Shown here in pieces: positions 10,858 through 16,015 of a stretch of DNA of 18,753 bases. The notes under the pieces are model-generated. The model made no database searches. It was not told the DNA's origin and saw nothing but the letters and a program-made list of their open reading frames with translations. Origin of the DNA: Campylobacterota bacterium (lineage in GTDB: Bacteria; Campylobacterota; Campylobacteria; Campylobacterales; Sulfurimonadaceae); the NCBI GenBank assembly GCA_034661055.1, contig JAYEKO010000033.1, positions 1 to 18,753 on the forward strand, written 5' to 3'. Position 1 is the stretch's first letter, and every line of letters starts with the position of its first letter. Position numbers and translations under genes: made by a program.

Positions 10858-11429
10858 GACGATAACTTCTCAAGTTCTTCACGAGCTTCATCAAAGTCTG
10901 AATCAATCTCTAGTGCCTTTTCATACAGTTGTGCAGCACGTCCATTCTCACCAAGCTGCACCAAGAGGTTGGCATAGTTGTAGTAAGTTACTGCATATTC
11001 TGCATCAATTTCTATAGCTTTCTCATAGTGTTCTTTTGCTTTGTCAAACTCTGAGGTACGTCTATATAGAGAGGCGATGGCACTGTGTGTCATGTCGTCA
11101 TTATTATCTGCCAAAAGTGATTTTAAATATACCTCAATTGCCGCTTTTAGGTCTCCATTTTTTGCCAAAACAAATCCTAACTTATTTAAGATTTCACTGT
11201 TTTGAGGAGCTTTTACACTAGCTTCTTGAAGTAGTGCAGCCGCACGTTTAAAATCTTCCTCTGCAAAAGCTTTATCTGCTTTCTCCATTAAAGACTCAGG
11301 GTCAATAGGCGAAAAAGAGTCACGCTGCGGTGTCGATTCTGGCGGGTCTTGAAGTGCGTTAATATGCTCATAAACCCTAAAGGCAAAAAATGCTGTTGCA
11401 GCTAACATTAAAAGTTGAAATGTAGTCAT
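10854..11429 (-). CDS. Membrane-anchored tetratricopeptide repeat protein
   Basis: N-terminal hydrophobic helix, then about 4 TPRs (NKLGFVL...AIEVYLKSL; YEKAIEID; YYNYANLL...YEKALEID). ATGA overlap with nif3. AGGA RBS at 11440-11437. Confidence 0.88.
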   Translation of the reverse strand: MTTFQLLMLAATAFFAFRVYEHINALQDPPESTPQRDSFSPIDPESLMEKADKAFAEEDFKRAAALLQEASVKAPQNSEILNKLGFVLAKNGDLKAAIEVYLKSLLADNNDDMTHSAIASLYRRTSEFDKAKEHYEKAIEIDAEYAVTYYNYANLLVQLGENGRAAQLYEKALEIDSDFDEAREELEKLSS

Positions 11430-11458
11430 CTAAAAATCCTAATTTTTGTAATCATGAC

Positions 11459-11467
11459 ATCATAGCA
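11459..11467 (-). promoter_or_regulatory. Extended -10 promoter for the TPR-nif3-waaA operon
   Basis: Minus strand TTTTGCTATGAT (TGnTATgAT) about 30 nt upstream of the ATG at 11429. Confidence 0.6.
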
Positions 11468-11519
11468 AAATTTGACTAGCTAATTTCATTACTATTGTGA
11501 ATTTGCTCAAGAAATCAAC

Positions 11520-11546
11520 TTAAGCATTTTAGATTAGTGATATAAT
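11520..11546 (+). promoter_or_regulatory. Extended -10 promoter for the ATPase gene
   Basis: TGATATAAT at 11538-11546 (perfect TGnTATAAT) with TTAAG at 11520-11524, 26 nt before the ATG. Confidence 0.7.
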
Positions 11547-11572
11547 ACAAAATTTCAAAATGGATATTACAG

Positions 11573-13918
11573 ATGAAAGAACTCTACGAAAAACTTGGAC
11601 TATTTTATTTAGGTAAAGATTACGAGAGTGATGAACTTAGTCTTTACAAAAGCAAGTACCTTAACACTCATGCCGCTATTATTGGAATGACTGGTAGTGG
11701 TAAGACAGGGCTTGGTGTCGGACTCATTGAAGAGGCTGCTATTGACAACATTCCCTCCATAATTATTGATCCAAAAGGAGATATGGGGAACTTAGCCCTC
11801 ACCTTCCCTCAGATGCAGCCAAATGATTTTAAACCTTGGATTGATGAGAGTGATGCGGCTAACAAGGGGCTTAGTGTTGATGAGATGGCAACACAGACTG
11901 CAACAATGTGGAAGAGTGGGATAGAGTCACATGAGCAGAGTCTTGAGAGAGTACAGAAGCTTCATGATGTACCGCTGAACATTTACACTCCTGGAAGTAG
12001 TTCTGGTCTTGGTATTAATATTTTGGGAAGCTTTGATGCTCCTTCGCAAGAGCTCTTAGATGATCCAGACACTTTTTCAGCCCTAATTAATGCGACTACG
12101 TCATCACTTCTAGCACTAGTAAATATTGAAGCCGATGCACTCAGTTCTAAAGAGTTTTTACTCATCTCCAATATTTTCAAACACTTCTGGATTCAAGGTC
12201 AAAACCTGAGCCTTGAAGCACTTATTGGACACATTACCAATCCTCCATTTGAAAAAATTGGAGTTCTTTCACTCAATAGTTTCTATCCACAAAGTAAACG
12301 ACTTCAACTCGCTATGCTTTTTAATAATGTTCTCTCCTCAGTCTCTTTTGCTTCATGGATTCAGGGCGAACCTCTAAACATTCAAAACTTACTGTATGAT
12401 GAAAGCGGTAAAGCAAAAATCACCATCTTCTCTATTGCCCATCTCAATGATTCACAACGCATGTTCTTTGTTACCCTACTGCTCAACCGCTTTGTAGATT
12501 GGATGCGAACACAGCGTGGTTCATCAACCCTTAAAGCACTGCTTTACATGGACGAAGTGTTTGGGTTTTTTCCACCATCAAAAAACCCACCTTCAAAAGA
12601 GCCAATGTTGCTACTTTTAAAACAGGCTCGTGCTTTTGGAGTCGGAGTAATTCTCTCCACACAAAACCCTGTCGATATTGACTACAAAGGCCTATCAAAT
12701 ATTGGAACATGGCTTATTGGAAAACTACAGACCAAACAAGATATTTCTAAAGTATTAGATGGTCTTGCAAGTCAAATTAAAAACATGAGCAAAGATGAGA
12801 TTGCCAATATGCTCTCTGCACTTAAAGGACGAACTTTCTTTTTAAAGAGTGCCCATGAAGATGAAGTGAGAATCTTTAAAACGCGTTGGGTTCTCTCCTA
12901 CCTTAAAGGTCCTATGTCTAAAAATGACATTCGCTCTTTAATGAAGAATAAAAAAGAGGCTCTTAAATCTACTAAACATCCAAAAATAAAAGATGTTCAA
13001 AAAACCGCTGTCACAACCAACTCAAAACCGATACTTTCAGATGGTATTACTCAGTACTACAATGACAGTTCCATGCAAGACAGTGAAGCATTCTTCCCCT
13101 TCATTGCAGCAGAAGCTACCGTACGTTTTTTTAATCAGAGGCGTGGCATAGATGAGAAAAAAACATTTACATGTAAATTTGAACTTAATAAAAGCATCCA
13201 TGATATTGCATGGAGTGATGCTCTAAATGAAGAGTTTAAGCTCTCAATATTTACAAAAAAAGCTAAAAGTAATACCTCTTACACTGAGCTTCCATCATTC
13301 ATCTCTAGTATGAAAAATTTTAAATCACTAGAGCGTTCACTCAAAGACTATCTCTACATTAATGAGGGGCTAGAGCTATTTACATGTAAATCTTTAAAAA
13401 GTGAATCTAAGGTAGGTGAAACGCTTCGTGACTTTAAAGTACGCCTGCAAGATATTATTAACGAGAAAAAAGAGCTACAAATTCAAAAGCTAGAAGCACG
13501 CTACAAGAAAAAAATAGATACCTTAGAAAACCGTCTAGAGCGTGCTATGATAAAACTTGAAAAAGAGCAAGCCGATGTCAGCAGTAAAACTACCGATACA
13601 CTAGTAGCTGTTGGTATGGGAATATTTGGAGCTCTTTTTGGTAAAAAAACGTTAAGTGCCAGTAACATTAGTAAGGGAGCACGAGCCATTAAAAGTGGCG
13701 GTCGCGTCTTAAAAGAGCGCGGTGATGTTAAAAATGCCAATAGAGCCATTAGCAAAATACAAGACAATATTTTAGCAATGCAAGATGAACTTGAAGACAA
13801 GCTAGATACACTTGAAGATAAGTTTCTTCTTGAGAACTATAGTATAGCTCCCGTGCAGATTAAACCACGAAAAATGGATATACATGTAAAAAATGTTGTT
13901 CTACTTTGGGAGCGATAA
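11573..13918 (+). CDS. HerA/FtsK-superfamily P-loop ATPase (DUF87/DUF853-like) with C-terminal coiled coil
   Basis: HAAIIGMTGSGKT Walker A (11684-11707), IIIDPKGD, LLYMDE Walker B, QARAFGVGVILSTQNP arginine-finger/Q motif. Confidence 0.88.
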   Translation: MKELYEKLGLFYLGKDYESDELSLYKSKYLNTHAAIIGMTGSGKTGLGVGLIEEAAIDNIPSIIIDPKGDMGNLALTFPQMQPNDFKPWIDESDAANKGLSVDEMATQTATMWKSGIESHEQSLERVQKLHDVPLNIYTPGSSSGLGINILGSFDAPSQELLDDPDTFSALINATTSSLLALVNIEADALSSKEFLLISNIFKHFWIQGQNLSLEALIGHITNPPFEKIGVLSLNSFYPQSKRLQLAMLFNNVLSSVSFASWIQGEPLNIQNLLYDESGKAKITIFSIAHLNDSQRMFFVTLLLNRFVDWMRTQRGSSTLKALLYMDEVFGFFPPSKNPPSKEPMLLLLKQARAFGVGVILSTQNPVDIDYKGLSNIGTWLIGKLQTKQDISKVLDGLASQIKNMSKDEIANMLSALKGRTFFLKSAHEDEVRIFKTRWVLSYLKGPMSKNDIRSLMKNKKEALKSTKHPKIKDVQKTAVTTNSKPILSDGITQYYNDSSMQDSEAFFPFIAAEATVRFFNQRRGIDEKKTFTCKFELNKSIHDIAWSDALNEEFKLSIFTKKAKSNTSYTELPSFISSMKNFKSLERSLKDYLYINEGLELFTCKSLKSESKVGETLRDFKVRLQDIINEKKELQIQKLEARYKKKIDTLENRLERAMIKLEKEQADVSSKTTDTLVAVGMGIFGALFGKKTLSASNISKGARAIKSGGRVLKERGDVKNANRAISKIQDNILAMQDELEDKLDTLEDKFLLENYSIAPVQIKPRKMDIHVKNVVLLWER

Positions 13919-13922
13919 AAAG
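13912..13922 (+). repeat. 11-bp direct repeat, left copy (GCGATAAAAAG)
   Basis: Exact match to 14569-14579. Includes the last codon and stop codon of the ATPase. Confidence 0.7.
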
Positions 13923-13944
13923 TTATAAATTATGATATTTTATG

Positions 13945-14277
13945 TTAAAAGACCTCTTTCTTTAATACCTGTTGAACAAAGGCATTTAGAGAGATTCCTG
14001 CCTTAAGTGCCTCTTGATATATTTTTCTATGTAATTCAGGATCAATTCTAACATTAAATACACCCTTATAGGATTTTTGAGGTTCTCTTCCTAACCCTTT
14101 GCATGTTTGAACATACTCATCCACTGCATTATGAAAGTTTTTTTCTAATTCATCTGCAGTAGTAGCTTCAAATGTAACTAGATCATTAATCATTTCTAGC
14201 TTACCAAAAAAACATTTATCTTCTGGAGAATATTCTATACTACCGATATACCCATTATATTCGATTGTATTAGCCAT
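13945..14277 (-). CDS. hicB: Type II TA antitoxin HicB (partial RNase H fold + RHH)
   Basis: IEYNGYIGSIEYS...FFGK...LVTFEA...FHNAVDEY...GREPQKSYKGVFNVRIDPELH...GISLNAFV. GGAGG RBS in the end of hicA. Confidence 0.93.
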   Translation of the reverse strand: MANTIEYNGYIGSIEYSPEDKCFFGKLEMINDLVTFEATTADELEKNFHNAVDEYVQTCKGLGREPQKSYKGVFNVRIDPELHRKIYQEALKAGISLNAFVQQVLKKEVF

Positions 14278-14524
14278 TACACACCTCCTTAATTTTGTTT
14301 TGAATCTGTTTTATAATATAAACTTTTAAAATATTTGATGGATGTGGTTTATGCAGATTAATCAATAAATCTTTATCTTCATTGTAAAACTTAACCGCTG
14401 AACCTGCTCCATCAATTTTAGAAAATCCACATGAAACAAGTAAGGTTTCCAATTCATTGAATGTTAAATTCTTTTTCGGTGGTACTTCTAAAAACTTTTT
14501 TAGTAATTTATCTTTTTTACTCAT
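14270..14524 (-). CDS. hicA: Type II TA toxin HicA (mRNA interferase). Start reassigned to ATG 14524
   Basis: MSKKDKLLKKF...LTFNELETLL...GF...GAGSAVKF...INLHKPHP...LKVYIIKQI, directly upstream of hicB. The ORF-track GTG at 14539 falls inside the predicted promoter. Confidence 0.9.
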   Translation of the reverse strand: MSKKDKLLKKFLEVPPKKNLTFNELETLLVSCGFSKIDGAGSAVKFYNEDKDLLINLHKPHPSNILKVYIIKQIQNKIKEVCNG

Positions 14525-14529
14525 GCAAT

Positions 14530-14558
14530 ATGATACCACATTTTAGTTGCAAATTCAA
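14530..14558 (-). promoter_or_regulatory. hicAB sigma70 promoter, probably giving leaderless mRNA
   Basis: TTGAAT (14558-14553), 17-nt spacer ending TGG, then TATCAT (14535-14530). Only 5 nt separate it from the ATG and there is no SD. Confidence 0.7.
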
Positions 14559-14568
14559 TAGACTTGTT

Positions 14569-14579
14569 GCGATAAAAAG
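14569..14579 (+). repeat. 11-bp direct repeat, right copy (GCGATAAAAAG)
   Basis: Exact match to 13912-13922. Lies just outside the hicAB -35 element. Confidence 0.7.
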
Positions 14580-14601
14580 CAAAATTTAATAACTATAGTT
14601 T

Positions 14602-14643
14602 TATAATAGTGATAAATCGAGTTAATCTTTTTAACAAAAGGAG
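14602..14643 (+). promoter_or_regulatory. Putative -10 box and RBS of the secreted-protein operon
   Basis: TATAAT at 14602-14607 after an AT-rich tract. AAGGAG at 14638-14643 before the ATG at 14649. Confidence 0.55.
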
Positions 14644-14648
14644 TAATT

Positions 14649-16001
14649 ATGAAACGGATTATTATGCTACTTGTTGTACTTTTTAGTACACTTCAAGCTT
14701 CGACACTTCTACGTGCTACAGAGACTCAAGAGAAACTCCAAGAACTTTTAGGGACATGGAACTTTGAACTTCAGGGAGGCACTTACAGCTACAGTAGTGT
14801 CTCCTTTACCATCTCAGACATTGTTTATAGCAACGACTATGAACGCTACATTGCCATCGGTACCGATAACTTTACAGACCGCGTTGAATGTCTTGTTGAT
14901 GGAGGAGTACTAACAGATATAGCTAGGGAGTTTTTCTGCTGGACTTATGCTCCCAATGATAACAACAGTGGAAACTTTGCTTTTGATGCTGATGGTGGAG
15001 AAGCTCGCGGTGGTTATGCGGTAGGAACCTTTGAGGTAGGTGGTTTGGCAATTTACAACTTAGAAGGGGATTATCTTGTAGGTACTAAGATAACCACTGA
15101 CATACCTAAAGAGTTCGATGTTCAAACGCTAAAAACCATTTTACTACAGACACGTGAATATGATATTACCGGTGCTTTCTCACCTTATGACTTTAAAGAT
15201 GTCGGCACCGCTTTTGACTGGACCTTTACCACTGCTAATGACAAAGTCTATCAGCTGCAGGGTAAAGCTGCATCAGACAACGATGTTTTTGGATGGGAAG
15301 AGGTTGATGTCACACCAAACAGTGCAGCTTGGCACATGATTTTCTTAGGAGACTGGGATGGTGATGGGAACAGTAAATATGACTGGTTGCTATTAGCTAA
15401 CAGCACTAAAAAAAGTGTTTTTAAACTAGCAGGTGTGACCAATGAAGGTCTCTTTGAGTACTCCGACATTATTGACATTCCATACTCAATTAATGGTAAC
15501 GCTGTTGTCTTTGGAGAGAGTGATGCTCAAGAGGTTAGCGATACTAAAGAGCAGTTTGACTTAGCGGTACAGTATTTTAATGAGAGAAATTACACTCAAG
15601 CGATATTTTGGTACCAAAAAGCAGCCGATCAAGGGCATGCTAATGCACAAGTTAATTTAGCTTACATGTATATTAAGGGATATGGTGTTCAGCAAAACTA
15701 CACTACTGCTGTAGCATGGTACCAAAAAGCAGCTAATCAAGGTAGTGCTATAGGAGAATTTAATTTAGGTCTCCAGTACAGAAAGGGAGAAGGTGTTGAG
15801 CAAAGTAATACTCAAGCAGTTTTTTGGTATCAAAAAGCAGCTGAACAAGGGTATGCCAATGCGCAAAACAATTTAGCTTATATGTATAGAATGGGGTATG
15901 GTATTGAACAAAATTATACTCAAGCGATATTTTGGTACCAAAAAGCAGCCGATCAGGGGTATCAGGCTGCTATTGATTTTTTAAATGAGAATGATTTTTA
16001 A
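14649..16001 (+). CDS. Secreted modular protein: signal peptide, beta-rich N-domain, shared uncharacterised domain, 4 Sel1-like repeats
   Basis: Sec signal MKRIIMLLVVLFSTLQA. 36-aa repeats A..WYQKAA.QG...A..NL..MY..G.G. Residues ~165-289 align with the N-terminus of the next ORF. Confidence 0.88.
   Translation: MKRIIMLLVVLFSTLQASTLLRATETQEKLQELLGTWNFELQGGTYSYSSVSFTISDIVYSNDYERYIAIGTDNFTDRVECLVDGGVLTDIAREFFCWTYAPNDNNSGNFAFDADGGEARGGYAVGTFEVGGLAIYNLEGDYLVGTKITTDIPKEFDVQTLKTILLQTREYDITGAFSPYDFKDVGTAFDWTFTTANDKVYQLQGKAASDNDVFGWEEVDVTPNSAAWHMIFLGDWDGDGNSKYDWLLLANSTKKSVFKLAGVTNEGLFEYSDIIDIPYSINGNAVVFGESDAQEVSDTKEQFDLAVQYFNERNYTQAIFWYQKAADQGHANAQVNLAYMYIKGYGVQQNYTTAVAWYQKAANQGSAIGEFNLGLQYRKGEGVEQSNTQAVFWYQKAAEQGYANAQNNLAYMYRMGYGIEQNYTQAIFWYQKAADQGYQAAIDFLNENDF
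15588..15959 (+). repeat. 108-bp-period Sel1 repeat array; first and last units near-identical
   Basis: 15588-15635 and 15912-15959 match at 46/48 nt, 324 bp apart, and both differences are synonymous. Confidence 0.9.
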
Positions 16002-16015
16002 CAAAGGAGCTTACA

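Noticed and set aside
1848..13800. Numerous short antisense or alternate-frame ORFs (e.g. 1848-2171, 3043-3252, 4822-5064, 7970-8305, 8474-8740, 13501-13800)
   Set aside because: They lie within well-supported genes, have no recognisable motifs or RBS, and look like shadow ORFs.
14525..14539. GTG start at 14539 adding MVSYC to HicA
   Set aside because: It overlaps the predicted -10 element and has no SD. ATG 14524 fits better.
15588..15959. Periodic repeats as a CRISPR array or DGR template/variable repeat
   Set aside because: The 108-bp in-frame period encodes Sel1 repeats, the differences are synonymous, and there is no cas or reverse transcriptase gene in the window.
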